In this document: positions 10,439 through 21,300 of the stretch, piece by piece
How the letters are laid out: each line of letters opens with the position of its first letter
How positions within the stretch are numbered: position 1 is the first letter of the stretch
NCBI GenBank assembly: GCA_947589275.1
Contig: CANQAQ010000001.1
Location: forward strand, 4,884 to 68,883
DNA length: 64,000 nucleotides
DNA from: an uncultured Bacilli bacterium
GTDB taxonomy: Bacteria; Bacillota_I; Bacilli_A; RF39; UBA660
Direction: 5' to 3'
Made by a program: the position numbers and the translations under genes
Notes under the pieces: model-generated
Databases searched by the model: none
Told to the model about the DNA's origin: nothing
The model's input: the letters and a program-made list of their open reading frames with translations, nothing else

Positions 10439-10737
10439 CTAAATAATTTTGTAAATACTGAGGACTCCTTTTTTGAATTTTCATCTATATAACTTAATGA
10501 ATCAATTTTACCTTTTATTGTTACATTACCCTGATATGTATCTAATTTTACAACCTCTAAATTTTCACCTTTTATATTCATATATCCTTGAACAGTTTCT
10601 ATTAAAAATTCTTCATTATCAAAACTATCTATTTTTATAATTCCAGTTATTATTATGTTTTTTCTCTCTGACACCGAAAATGAATGGTTTAAATTAGTAC
10701 TTACTTCCTTTATTTTTTCCATAATGTCCTCCTTCAT
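10435..10737 (-). CDS. yabP: sporulation protein YabP
   Basis: YabP family beta-rich about-100-aa protein; synteny. Confidence 0.7.
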   Translation of the reverse strand: MKEDIMEKIKEVSTNLNHSFSVSERKNIIITGIIKIDSFDNEEFLIETVQGYMNIKGENLEVVKLDTYQGNVTIKGKIDSLSYIDENSKKESSVFTKLFR

Positions 10738-10860
10738 ATTAAAATAATATGCTTAAAATTAAAATTAAGAACTAAATTTTAAATATTTTAGAATTTAATC
10801 ATTTAAAAATAATATAAAAAATTGTATAATATATTTAAATTTATGAAAGGAGTAATATAT

Positions 10861-11196
10861 ATGTATTGTAAATATTGTGGTAAAAAAATTAATGAAAATG
10901 AAGAAATATGTAGTGAATGCTCTAAAAATATTAATAATACAGTTAATAACTATGAACAAAAATCAAAATTAATCGCAGGATTGCTTGGTATATTTCTTGG
11001 AAGTTTAGGCATTCATAACTTTTACTTAGGATATAATAATAAAGCAGTTGCTCAATTACTTATAACTATAATTGGTAGTTTTATAACATGTGGTACTGCC
11101 GCTGTTGCAACTGCTATATGGGGTTTTATTGAGGGAATTTTAATATTAACTGGAAATATTAATACTGATGCAAATGGTATTGATCTAAAAGACTAA
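10861..11196 (+). CDS. zinc-ribbon plus TM2-domain membrane protein
   Basis: CKYCGKKI...CSEC zinc ribbon followed by a TM2-like two-helix segment. Start placed at the ATG that follows an AAAGGAG site. Confidence 0.6.
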   Translation: MYCKYCGKKINENEEICSECSKNINNTVNNYEQKSKLIAGLLGIFLGSLGIHNFYLGYNNKAVAQLLITIIGSFITCGTAAVATAIWGFIEGILILTGNINTDANGIDLKD

Positions 11197-11226
11197 AAAA
11201 ACTCACTTTTTGTGAGTTTATTTTTT
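11197..11226. terminator. bidirectional rho-independent terminator
   Basis: aaaaaactcacttttt-gtgagtttatttttttt: a perfect hairpin flanked by A- and T-runs, between convergent genes. Confidence 0.6.
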
Positions 11227-11478
11227 TTACTTATTATATTCTTCTATAATTGCTGTTTCTATCATTTCTCTTCCTTCTGGAGAAATTGGATGAACTATGT
11301 CTCTATAATCACCTGATGCAGTTTTTCTACTTGGCATTGCAACAAATAAACCATTATCACCTGATATAATTCTAATATCATGAATAGCAATCATATCATC
11401 TAATAAAATAGATGCAATACCTTTCATTCTTGAATTTTCTTTTTCAATTTTTTTAACATTTACTGATGTAACTTTCAT
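11227..11478 (-). CDS. spoVG: septation/sporulation protein SpoVG
   Basis: IASITLDD..IHDIRII.G.NGLFVAMPS..T..G.YRDI.HPI, the SpoVG consensus. Confidence 0.9.
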   Translation of the reverse strand: MKVTSVNVKKIEKENSRMKGIASILLDDMIAIHDIRIISGDNGLFVAMPSRKTASGDYRDIVHPISPEGREMIETAIIEEYNK

Positions 11479-11549
11479 TATAACTCATCTCCTTTGTTGT
11501 ATACTTTATAATAATTATATAATATGTTGATATTTTTAGCAATATTTTT

Positions 11550-11987
11550 TTACTTATTGTCAACAATATTTACACGATATCTATAATCATAATCATCCAA
11601 AACGTTATTACAATTATCTAATTCTGCATTACCATAATATACATCAATGTATGAGCCACCATCTTCTGAATAATTTATATTTTTACCAGTAATTGGATTA
11701 ATTAACTTATCTGAAGATAAATTTTGTGTTTGAACTAATTCATAGAAAGTTATTTTAATTGGATTTGAGCAAGTTGTAGATTTTACATCTTCTAATATAT
11801 CTGTTGTATTTAATATATATTTATGCGCTGATGATTTAATTATATTTTCTAACTCCTTATATGATCTTTCTTTTGTTTTATTTGCAACATTAATAATATA
11901 AGTTGTTGATATGCCTACTATAATTCCGATTATTATAATTACTGCTAATAACTCTATTAATGTAAATCCTCTTTTTCTATTATTCAT
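11550..11987 (-). CDS. type IV pilin-like / pseudopilin (class III prepilin signal)
   Basis: N-terminal RKRGFTLIELLAVIIIIGIIVGI is a canonical prepilin peptidase cleavage and N-methylation motif. Confidence 0.7.
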   Translation of the reverse strand: MNNRKRGFTLIELLAVIIIIGIIVGISTTYIINVANKTKERSYKELENIIKSSAHKYILNTTDILEDVKSTTCSNPIKITFYELVQTQNLSSDKLINPITGKNINYSEDGGSYIDVYYGNAELDNCNNVLDDYDYRYRVNIVDNK

Positions 11988-12030
11988 GCTATCACCTACT
12001 ATAAATAGTATACCATAAATAAAAAAATAA

Positions 12031-12240
12031 CTATACTAAATTTATAATAATTGTTTTTGTTATTATATCTGAATATGAAAATGATGTAATAATATTATTT
12101 ATTTCAATTGTAAATGTACGTTCATATAATTGCTTTATTTTACCTATTTCTTTCCTTTTTCTACTTCTACCTTCATTAATTATTATTTCTACTTTTTTAT
12201 TTTTGTAGCTATCTAATTCTTGTTTAACAATATCTAACAT
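12031..12240 (-). CDS. veg: Veg family protein
   Basis: About 69 aa, with C-terminal SYSY.D..T.T similarity to B. subtilis Veg; synteny with yabG and ksgA. Confidence 0.65.
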   Translation of the reverse strand: MLDIVKQELDSYKNKKVEIIINEGRSRKRKEIGKIKQLYERTFTIEINNIITSFSYSDIITKTIIINLV

Positions 12241-12243
12241 ATA

Positions 12244-13038
12244 TCACCCTTGTTTTGGATAACCAACATACATGCTGCCATGTGACTTTATACCACCTAT
12301 ACCGTCTTTGCCACATTTTGTTTTATTAAGTAATTCTATTAAATCAAGTTCTTTTGTATTTTCTGTTCTAGATATTGAAATAGCAATAATAGCAGGATCA
12401 AGTGCATGTATGTTTACTTTTTTAGGACTTGAAGCAAAATTTGCACCTGCTTTTATAAGTTCTTCATAATTAGATTGGCATGCGCCTGCTATTATTTTTA
12501 ATTTATCATAAGATTTTTCATAGTTACGTGCTATTTTTACTGCTTTAGCAAAATTATCACTATTTTTGTATGTTCTCTCCGAGCTTCCTTTCATCTTATA
12601 ATATGCATCATGTCCTGTTATTATTACAATATCAGGTTTAATATCCTTTAGATATTTTATTATATTTAAATATAAATTTTCTTCTTTTTCATAAACTCCA
12701 TAGGCAGTTATTCCGGCACTTTTATAAAATCTTAAACATCTTTGTAAATACTCATTATCACCATCAATATGTAATATTTTACCTGGTATATAAAAAAAAT
12801 CATTACGATAAGACTCCATATCATTATTTAAATCTAGTAAAAATGATTCTTCATAACTTCTATCTTCTTTTATCTCCTCTTCTTTTTTTAAATCACTAAT
12901 ATCACTATCTGCACAAAGTCTCATACTTATACCTTTTAAATAATATATATCACCTTCTATATTATAAACTCTAAATAACATGTCATTATTATATTTATTT
13001 CGAGATACAATATCTCCTACATTTATCATATAAATCAC
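12244..13038 (-). CDS. yabG: sporulation-specific peptidase YabG
   Basis: YabG-family length and motifs; sits between veg and ksgA as in Bacillus. Confidence 0.7.
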   Translation of the reverse strand: MIYMINVGDIVSRNKYNNDMLFRVYNIEGDIYYLKGISMRLCADSDISDLKKEEEIKEDRSYEESFLLDLNNDMESYRNDFFYIPGKILHIDGDNEYLQRCLRFYKSAGITAYGVYEKEENLYLNIIKYLKDIKPDIVIITGHDAYYKMKGSSERTYKNSDNFAKAVKIARNYEKSYDKLKIIAGACQSNYEELIKAGANFASSPKKVNIHALDPAIIAISISRTENTKELDLIELLNKTKCGKDGIGGIKSHGSMYVGYPKQG

Positions 13039-13087
13039 CTACTGCAGATATTATATTCGAATAAAAAAATGAAGTTACAACACTTCA

Positions 13088-13900
13088 TTAAAGATTATTA
13101 GATATATCAATAAACTGTTCAATTGTTAAATGTTCTGCTCTAACATTTAAATTTAAATTATACTTACTCAAAATACTATCTATTTTAGATAAATCATAAT
13201 TTTTCAAATTATTTTTTAAATTTTTTCTTTTATGTGTAAAAGAATCTTTAACTAACTTAAAAAAACTTTCCTCATTTTTAACAACATACTTATTCTTTCT
13301 TCTTTTCATTTCAATTACAATACTATCTACTTTTGGTTCTGGTAAAAAACATTTTCTAGATACATCCATAATTTTATTTATTTCAAAATAATAGTTTAAA
13401 AATATTGTTAATGAAGAATAATCTCTGGTCCCTACTTTTGCATTAAATCTATCCCCAACTTCTTTTTGGACCATTATAACTATTTTTTCTACACCTATCT
13501 TTTCAGATATTATCTTCATTAGTATGGGTGTTGTTATATAATAAGGAAGATTTGATATTACATATAACTTGTTATAATCATATTTACTTATATCGTCTTT
13601 TACATTTCTATTTAAAAAATCATCATATATAATATCTACATTGTTAGTGTTTTTTAACTTTTCATTTATTATTGGCTTTAAGCTATTATCTATTTCATAA
13701 CCTAAAACTTTTTTTGCATACTGAGAAATCTCTATAGTTAGATCTGCAGCTCCAACACCTATTTCAATAACTAAAGTATCCTTATCTATACAACTACGAT
13801 TAATTATATTATGTAATATATTTTTATCTTTTAAAAAATTCTGACCATACTTTTTTTTAAAATTAAAATTATATTTTGATAGTAATTCTTTTTGATTCAT
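13088..13900 (-). CDS. rsmA: 16S rRNA (adenine1518/1519-N6)-dimethyltransferase
   Basis: KKKYGQNFL..., SAM motif IEIGVGAADLT, and NLPYYITTPI. Confidence 0.9.
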   Translation of the reverse strand: MNQKELLSKYNFNFKKKYGQNFLKDKNILHNIINRSCIDKDTLVIEIGVGAADLTIEISQYAKKVLGYEIDNSLKPIINEKLKNTNNVDIIYDDFLNRNVKDDISKYDYNKLYVISNLPYYITTPILMKIISEKIGVEKIVIMVQKEVGDRFNAKVGTRDYSSLTIFLNYYFEINKIMDVSRKCFLPEPKVDSIVIEMKRRKNKYVVKNEESFFKLVKDSFTHKRKNLKNNLKNYDLSKIDSILSKYNLNLNVRAEHLTIEQFIDISNNL

Positions 13901-13909
13901 AATTATCCC

Positions 13910-14542
13910 CTAGTACCATACAGAAGCTGCATACTTAGTATTTAGAGGAAGTCCTGCTTTGTAAGATCCATCTTTTATTTTAGTATAAAAATAATTAACA
14001 TTAGTAGCCCATGAAGTACTTCCTGCATATTTTGATTGCATCTTTTCAGCAGTATCTAGTCCTTTAGCATAATAATTATTTGCTAAATTATCTATATATT
14101 TTATTATTCCTGCTTCTATAGTATCAAATTGCATTACTTTACCACCATTTCTCATTCCACCAACGTTATTATAATTTGTAATTTCGTATGATGCTCCTCT
14201 ATATGTTTCATGGATAGAAATTGCTGCTGCTAAATATGGATCTACACCTTTTTCTGTACAATAAGATGCATAAAGCATACCCTGATTTGCTAATTTAAAT
14301 TCAAATACTTCATTTAATCTGTTTGCTATATTTTCAATTTCTTTACTACTCGCACCATTTTCTTCTATTCTATTTACAACTAATTCTATATTTTCTTTTT
14401 CTTTTGTCTTTTCTAATATTTTTGACTTTTCTTCATCGTCTTTATTAATATATATAAAAGATATAGCAGTTAATATTATTGCTAATGTTAATAAAGATAT
14501 AAATTTAATTTTTTTTCTTACTCTTACCATTTTAAATATCAT
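13910..14542 (-). CDS. membrane-anchored glucosaminidase-domain protein (FlgJ/LytD-like peptidoglycan hydrolase)
   Basis: N-terminal transmembrane anchor and a C-terminal glucosaminidase-like segment (AAISIHETYRG...YAGSTSWATNVNYFYT). Confidence 0.55.
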   Translation of the reverse strand: MIFKMVRVRKKIKFISLLTLAIILTAISFIYINKDDEEKSKILEKTKEKENIELVVNRIEENGASSKEIENIANRLNEVFEFKLANQGMLYASYCTEKGVDPYLAAAISIHETYRGASYEITNYNNVGGMRNGGKVMQFDTIEAGIIKYIDNLANNYYAKGLDTAEKMQSKYAGSTSWATNVNYFYTKIKDGSYKAGLPLNTKYAASVWY

Positions 14543-14577
14543 TACTGCACCTCATTATATAATATATTCTATCATAG

Positions 14578-15345
14578 TTATATACTCAAGTCAAATAAGT
14601 TTAAGGCATTTTTTGTTGTAATATCTGTGATTTCATCTTCTGATTTATCTAAATTTGATGCTATTTCCTTTATTACGTATTTGATATTTAAAGGGGTATT
14701 CTTTTCTCCTCTTTTGGGTTCTGGAGATAAATATGGAGAATCCGTTTCAATTAATATATTATTAATATTTATTTCCTTTACCAATTGTCTTTGTTTTTTA
14801 TTATTTTTGAATGTTATTGGACCATCTATTCCTATAAAATATCCAATTTTAATAAATTCTTTAGCCATTTCGATACTTCCTGAATAACAATGAATTGATC
14901 CAGTTAAATTCTTATTTTTTAAAATATCATACACATCTTGAACTGCATCTCTACTATGTACTATTACTGGTAGATTATATTTTTTTGCTATATTTAGTTG
15001 TTTATTAAACAAATCCTTTTGCTGAATTTTATTATCCTTAGTCCAATAATAATCTAACCCTATTTCACCTATTGCAACTACATTATTATTTTTTATTTGA
15101 TTTTCTAATAATTCAAGATCTAAATCTGTTATTTTACCTGCATTTGAGTACTCATAACCAATAGCTGCAAATACATTATCATATTTTTTAGATAACTCTA
15201 AAACTTCTAAATTACTATTCTTATCAGTACCATTTAAAATTATATAAATATTATTTTTTTTACATAACTCTATTATTTTTTCAGCATCATCATATTCACT
15301 ATTATACATGTGGCAATGTGTATCGATAATCATAAGTATCACCAA
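14578..15345 (-). CDS. tatD: TatD family deoxyribonuclease (YabD)
   Basis: DTHCH, GEIGLDY and DSPYL motifs. Confidence 0.9.
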   Translation of the reverse strand: MVILMIIDTHCHMYNSEYDDAEKIIELCKKNNIYIILNGTDKNSNLEVLELSKKYDNVFAAIGYEYSNAGKITDLDLELLENQIKNNNVVAIGEIGLDYYWTKDNKIQQKDLFNKQLNIAKKYNLPVIVHSRDAVQDVYDILKNKNLTGSIHCYSGSIEMAKEFIKIGYFIGIDGPITFKNNKKQRQLVKEININNILIETDSPYLSPEPKRGEKNTPLNIKYVIKEIASNLDKSEDEITDITTKNALNLFDLSI

Positions 15346-15379
15346 CCTAAAAAAATTATATCATAAATTGATATAATTT

Positions 15380-15550
15380 TTAATTGTATATACTCCTATA
15401 TAAATATTTTAAATATATACCTAGAAATAATAATGTATATAATATATCTATTAGTAACTTACTTGAAAATGCATTTAGTATTAATACTATAGTTATAATT
15501 GTATATAATATGATAAAAATAATTTGTTTTTTCTTAGTATTAAGTTTCAT
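15380..15550 (-). CDS. small hydrophobic protein (56 aa, two predicted transmembrane helices); not in the supplied ORF track
   Basis: ATG preceded by AAAGGGAGAG and an extended -10 (TGTTATAAT). It is antisense to the predicted plus-strand ORF 15384..15581, which has no ribosome-binding site. Confidence 0.35.
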   Translation of the reverse strand: MKLNTKKKQIIFIILYTIITIVLILNAFSSKLLIDILYTLLFLGIYLKYLYRSIYN

Positions 15551-15648
15551 ATTATTCTCTCCCTTTTTACTCGCGCTTTAACATTATAACATAAATATGA
15601 AACTTTACAGACGACTTCGACAAAAAAAGACAAAGAAACTGTAAAACT

Positions 15649-17217
15649 TTACATTTTACTCTTTATATAAGCAATTTCTTCGTCAAAATTTAATCTCATA
15701 AATATAGGATTACCTTTTTCAATAACCTTTATATTTTCAATTATATTATATTTATATATACTATCCCAAGTTTTTAATTTTTCATCTTTTATTCCTAATT
15801 GTTCAAATATTTTCAAAGATGTATCTTTCATGAAAGGATATATCAATATAGCAATCTTTCTTAAATTCTCTACTAAATGATACATAGTAGATTTTAATTC
15901 TTCTTTTTTATCTGTTTTAGCTAAAACCCATGGTTCAGTCTCATCAATATATTTATTAGTTTTTGAAATTATTGCCCATATTTCTTTTAATGCATTTGCT
16001 ATTTCAAAATTATCAATTTTATTTTCAAACAAATCTATTTGATTTAAGGTAAAGCTTTCCAATTCTTTAGTAAATTCATTATCAGAATCTATATATTTTT
16101 CTATTACACCATCAAAATATTTATTTACCATTGAAATAGTTCTATTAAGTAAATTACTTAAATCATTACATAAATCGAAATTATACCTTTCTACAAAAGA
16201 TTCTGGAGTAAATATACCATCTTGAGAATATGGTAATTCTCTTAATAAAGAATATTTAAAAGCATCAAGTCCATATCTTTCAATAAATGGTTCAGGATAA
16301 ATAACATTACCTTTTGACTTACTCATCTTTCCATCTTTCATTACAATAAAATTATGTACATATATTGTTTTTGGTAATGGTAAATCAAGCGCCATTAAGA
16401 ATATTGGCCAATATATTAAATGAAATCTTGCTATATCTTTTGCAACTACGTGAACATCAGCAGGCCAATATTTTTTGAATAAAGTTTCATCATCTGACAT
16501 ATATCCTAAAGCTGTAATGTAATTAGTTAGTGCATCAAGCCATACATATATTATATGTTTTGGATCTGATAAAACTTTTATACCCCAATCAAATGATGTT
16601 CTTGTAACACATAAATCTTCTAATCCTGGTTTTATAAAATTATTTATCATTTCATCTTTTCTATATTTAGGTTTTATAAAGTCTGGGTGCTCATTATAAT
16701 ATTTAAGTAATCTATCTGCATATTTTTTCATATTGAAGAAATATGCTTCTTCCTTCATTTTTTTTACTTCTCTACCACAATCTGGACATTTATTATCTAC
16801 TAATTGTGTTTGTGTAAAATATGCTTCGCATGGTTCACAATACCATCCTTCATATTCCCCCTTATAGATATCTCCTTGATTTAAAAACTTTTCAAATATC
16901 TTTTGAACAATTTTTTCATGTCTTTCTTCTGTTGTCTGTATATAATCGTCATATTCTATATCAAGTTTTTTCCAGAGTTTCTTTGCTTCATTAGCCATCT
17001 TATCAACATATTCTTTTGGTGACTCATTATTTGCCTTAGCAACATTTTCTATCTTTTGTCCATGTTCATCAGTACCTGTAAGCATATAAGTATCATATCC
17101 TCTTAGCTTTTTGTATCTTTTTATTGAATCAACCAATATTGTTGTATATGATGTCCCAATATGAAATCTACCACTTGGATAATATATTGGTGTAGTTATG
17201 TAAAATGTTTCTTTCAA
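15649..17217 (-). CDS. metG: methionyl-tRNA synthetase, short form lacking the C-terminal tRNA-binding domain
   Basis: HIGT(SY) and KMSKS motifs and a CPDC zinc knuckle. Confidence 0.9.
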   Translation of the reverse strand: MKETFYITTPIYYPSGRFHIGTSYTTILVDSIKRYKKLRGYDTYMLTGTDEHGQKIENVAKANNESPKEYVDKMANEAKKLWKKLDIEYDDYIQTTEERHEKIVQKIFEKFLNQGDIYKGEYEGWYCEPCEAYFTQTQLVDNKCPDCGREVKKMKEEAYFFNMKKYADRLLKYYNEHPDFIKPKYRKDEMINNFIKPGLEDLCVTRTSFDWGIKVLSDPKHIIYVWLDALTNYITALGYMSDDETLFKKYWPADVHVVAKDIARFHLIYWPIFLMALDLPLPKTIYVHNFIVMKDGKMSKSKGNVIYPEPFIERYGLDAFKYSLLRELPYSQDGIFTPESFVERYNFDLCNDLSNLLNRTISMVNKYFDGVIEKYIDSDNEFTKELESFTLNQIDLFENKIDNFEIANALKEIWAIISKTNKYIDETEPWVLAKTDKKEELKSTMYHLVENLRKIAILIYPFMKDTSLKIFEQLGIKDEKLKTWDSIYKYNIIENIKVIEKGNPIFMRLNFDEEIAYIKSKM

Positions 17218-17219
17218 AT

Positions 17220-17687
17220 TTATTCACCCTTTTCTGTTGAGCCAAAGCCACCACTTCTAACACCTTCAGCTTTATCATTATCGACAGTTAAATATTTCAT
17301 AAATATTACTTGACCTATTCTGTCACCCTTTTTTATTTCTACATCATGATCAAAAAAATTATAATATGCATACATAAAATGACCATCATTATCTTCATTA
17401 TTATAATAATCACAATCAATTATTCCAACACTATTTGCAAGAACTAATCCTTTTTTCCCTGGATTTGAGCTTCTGTTACAAAGCATATAAAATTCATCTT
17501 CCTTACAATAAGCTTTTAATCCAGTCTTTACTAAAGTTGGTTTTTGTCCTGGTTTAAATGCTGGTATAATACAATCTTCTGCAGCCTCTACATCATATCC
17601 TGCAGAATATTTAGTTTTCCTAACTGGTAAATTAATATTTTTATCTTCAAACCCTTTTGCTATTTCAAATCCTCTTACTTTATTCAT
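17220..17687 (-). CDS. dut: dUTP diphosphatase
   Basis: dUTPase motifs (RSS, GVID.DY.G.ND, IKKGDRI.Q). Only 2 bp separate it from metG, so the two are likely cotranscribed. Confidence 0.8.
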   Translation of the reverse strand: MNKVRGFEIAKGFEDKNINLPVRKTKYSAGYDVEAAEDCIIPAFKPGQKPTLVKTGLKAYCKEDEFYMLCNRSSNPGKKGLVLANSVGIIDCDYYNNEDNDGHFMYAYYNFFDHDVEIKKGDRIGQVIFMKYLTVDNDKAEGVRSGGFGSTEKGE

Positions 17688-17763
17688 TTTTTTACTCCTT
17701 ATATAATATTAAAAATTCTAACATTTCATATATATAATATCATATGTTAGAATCTTTTTCAAT

Positions 17764-18285
17764 TTACTCAATAGAATTAATTATTACTTTATTTATTATT
17801 TCAAGTGATAATTTATCCGTATCACTTATTTTTGAATTTGACAACATTATTAGCAATCCTATCACATCACTATTTGCTATCATCGGAATAATATAATAAT
17901 TTGAATCTATATTATAATCTTCTGTTATTTCTATTCTTTTATTATCATTAGATAAAACTTTTACCCTATTACTTAAAATTATATCTAAATTTTGACTTAT
18001 ATCTTTTCCTATAATATTATTTTCCTTTTGAGTTGTTGCAATAACATTTTCTCTATTTGTTATTATTATACTATTTCCAGTAATATCATTTAAAACTTTT
18101 ATATATTCATTAAAAGTTTTTTCCATATTACTCATTTTTGAATATTTCTTTAAAATTATATTTTCACCATCTATAAAAATTTCTAATGATTCGTTTTCTT
18201 TTATTTTTAAATTCTTTCTTATTTCTTTAGGAATTACTATTCTCCCTAAATCATCAATTCTTCGTATAATTCCTGTTGATTTCAT
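17764..18285 (-). CDS. spoVT: stage V sporulation protein T (AbrB-type DNA-binding N-domain plus GAF-like C-domain)
   Basis: N-terminal GIIRRIDDLGRIVIPKEIR swapped-hairpin motif; the 173-aa length matches SpoVT rather than AbrB; adjacent to mfd as in Bacillus. Confidence 0.7.
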   Translation of the reverse strand: MKSTGIIRRIDDLGRIVIPKEIRKNLKIKENESLEIFIDGENIILKKYSKMSNMEKTFNEYIKVLNDITGNSIIITNRENVIATTQKENNIIGKDISQNLDIILSNRVKVLSNDNKRIEITEDYNIDSNYYIIPMIANSDVIGLLIMLSNSKISDTDKLSLEIINKVIINSIE

Positions 18286-18333
18286 TTTATCTTCCTTTCA
18301 ATCTAATATTATTGTTTGAAAATGACAGGAATT

Positions 18334-21300
18334 TTATACCATTTTATTAGTAATTTTTGACAATAAATCTGTAAGATAATAAATATAGTGTTTTCTTAAA
18401 TTATTTAATATTAATTTAATATGTAATTTTTCATCTATATAGCTAATTTTATAATTTAATGATATATCACTAGCTATTATAAATAATTCATCAACATTTA
18501 TAACACTTGTTATACCTTTTTCAAAAACAATTTCTACAAATAAATCTGTTTTATTTACCTTATATACTAAACATAATTTTGCTAACTTTTCAAACCATAT
18601 TTCGTGCATATAAATATCAAGTTCACTATCAATTTTTCCAAATCTATCTTCTAATTCTTTTCTTACATTAAGAAGATCATCATATGATTCAATATCATTT
18701 ATTTTTTTATGTATTTCTATTTTTAAAGAATTATCCATAACATAATCATTTTTTATATGTGTTTCAACCTCTATTAAAGGTTTCTCTTCTTCTTTTATTT
18801 CTTCTTTAGTTTGAATTCCCTTTAAATGCATTACTTCATCATTAAGCATTTTTACATATAATTCATAACCTACAGTATCAATAAAACCTGCTTGTTCACT
18901 TCCTAAAATATCTCCTGCACCCCTTATTGATAAATCTCTCATTGCAATTTGAAAACCACTACCAAGTTCTGTAAATTCCTTTATAGCGTTTAATCTTTTT
19001 ACTGCTACTTCATTTAATATTTTATTTTTTGAATACATAAGATAAGCATATGCAATTTTATTACTTCTTCCAACTCTTCCTCTTATTTGATATAACTGAC
19101 TAAGTCCAAACTTATCTGCATCATATATTATAAGAGTATTAACATTAGGTATATCAATACCAGTTTCAATTATTGTAGTGCAAAGTAATATATCAAACTC
19201 ATTATTAATAAAACCAAACATAGTATTTTCTATCTGATTTTTAGTCATCTTACCATGAGCAAATCTTATTTTTGCTTCTGGTACTAACTTATTAATCTCA
19301 TTTAATTTTTCTTCTATATGTTCTACACTATTAAATAATATAAATATTTGTCCACCTCGTGACATTTCTTTATATATTGCTTCTCTTATCAATTGATTAC
19401 TTTCTTCAATTACATATGTTTGTATTGGATATCTATCAATAGGTGGTGTTTCAATTAATGCCATATTTCTAATACCAACTAAAGACATTTGAAGTGTTCT
19501 TGGTATTGGTGTTGCACTTAAAGTTAAGATATCTATATTACTTTTATATTCTTTTATCTTTTCTTTATGAGTTACACCAAATCTTTGTTCTTCATCTATA
19601 ACAAGTAATCCTAAATCTTTGAATTTAACATCATTACTTAACATTCTATGAGTTCCAAATAATAAATCTATCTTTCCCTCTTTAATATTGTTTAATATTT
19701 CTTTTACTTCATTTTTTGGTGTAAACCTATTTAACAAAGCAATATTAATAGCAAAATTACTAAATCTATCTAATGCATTTTTATACTGTTGATTTGATAA
19801 TATTGTTGTAGGACACAAATATGCTACTTGTTTACCACTATTAATAGCTTTAAATATTGCCCTAAATGCTACTTCTGTTTTACCATAACCTACATCACCA
19901 CATAATAACATATCCATTGGAGTTGATTTTTCCATATCTTCTTTTATTTTACTTATGGCAATAAATTGATCTTTAGTTAAATTATACTTGAATTCAGATT
20001 CAAATTTTATTTGATCTTCATCGTCATCTTTAAATGCAAAGCCTGGTTTCATTTTTCTTTCTGCAGATAACTTTAAAAGTTTATCTGCTATATCTTTTAT
20101 TCTTCCTTTAACTCTTAATTTAGTTTTTTCCCACTCTACACTTCCTAATTTATTTATTTTTGGTACTATTCCTTCATTAGAAGAATATTTACTTAATAAT
20201 TCTATTTTTTCAACTGGTATATAGAGTTTATCATTATCCTTATATAAAACTTCTATATAATCTTTTTTATTTCCATTTTTTACTAATGTAGTTATTCCAG
20301 AATATATTCCTATACCATGGTTTAAATGAACAACATAATCTCCAACATTTAAACTTTCTATATTTTTTAATTTTACACCATATCTAAATTTATTTTTATA
20401 ATTAATATTTTTATTTTGATTTTTAAATATCTCATTTTCAGTAATAACTACATAATTTAAAAATTCAAAGCCTTGATCTATATTTTCATTTACTATATTT
20501 ATAACATCATCATGCAAATCATTTATATTAGTAAATATATTTGAAACTTTTAAAAACTTTTTTATATGATTTATATAATCTTTATTTGAAATAGAAATTA
20601 TGGTCTTCTTCTTTTTTAAAATACATATTTGTAAAAATTCGTTTAATCTATCAAAATTAGAATTAAAATTTTCTATAATTCTAGATGTAAAGTTATAAGT
20701 ATTATTTAACTTAATATGATCTATAATATTATCTATTGTCATTAAATATATATTGTCTTTATTTTTAATTAAAGATTCAAATTCAAACATATAATTTGTA
20801 TCATATATCTCATTTTTTTCTTTACTAAAATTAAAAATTTCTTCTCTAAGATTTTTGTATGAATTTTTTAGTTGATTATAATCTTTATAAATAGTTATTG
20901 GATTATTTAAGTAAGAAGAAATTGAGGATAAATTATTTACTACATAAGGAAGATATTTTTGCTTTTCTTCTATACCAACTATATTTTTTTCGTTAATAAA
21001 CTCTGAATAAGGTGTTATTTTAACTGTTTCTATTTCTTCTAATGAACGCTGGGTATCTGGATCAAAAAGTCTAATTGATTCTATAAAATCACCCCAAAAT
21101 TCAACTCTTATTGGATAATCCATGTTAGATGGGTATATATCCAATATAAATCCTCTATTTGCTATTTCACCAGTTTTATTAACTAATGTTACTGTTGAAT
21201 ATCCAATGTTACTAAGATGATTATATAAATCTTCTTTTTTTATTTCTATTTCCTTTTTAATTATAATTTTACTTTTATTCCATAAATCTGAAGATGGTAA

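Noticed and set aside
15649-17217. Possible missing T-box riboswitch leaders upstream of metG and argS
   Set aside because: metG starts 2 bp after dut, and argS follows ywiB with a leader of only about 60 nt, so there is no room for a T-box. metS and argS are not T-box regulated in B. subtilis either, so this is not anomalous.
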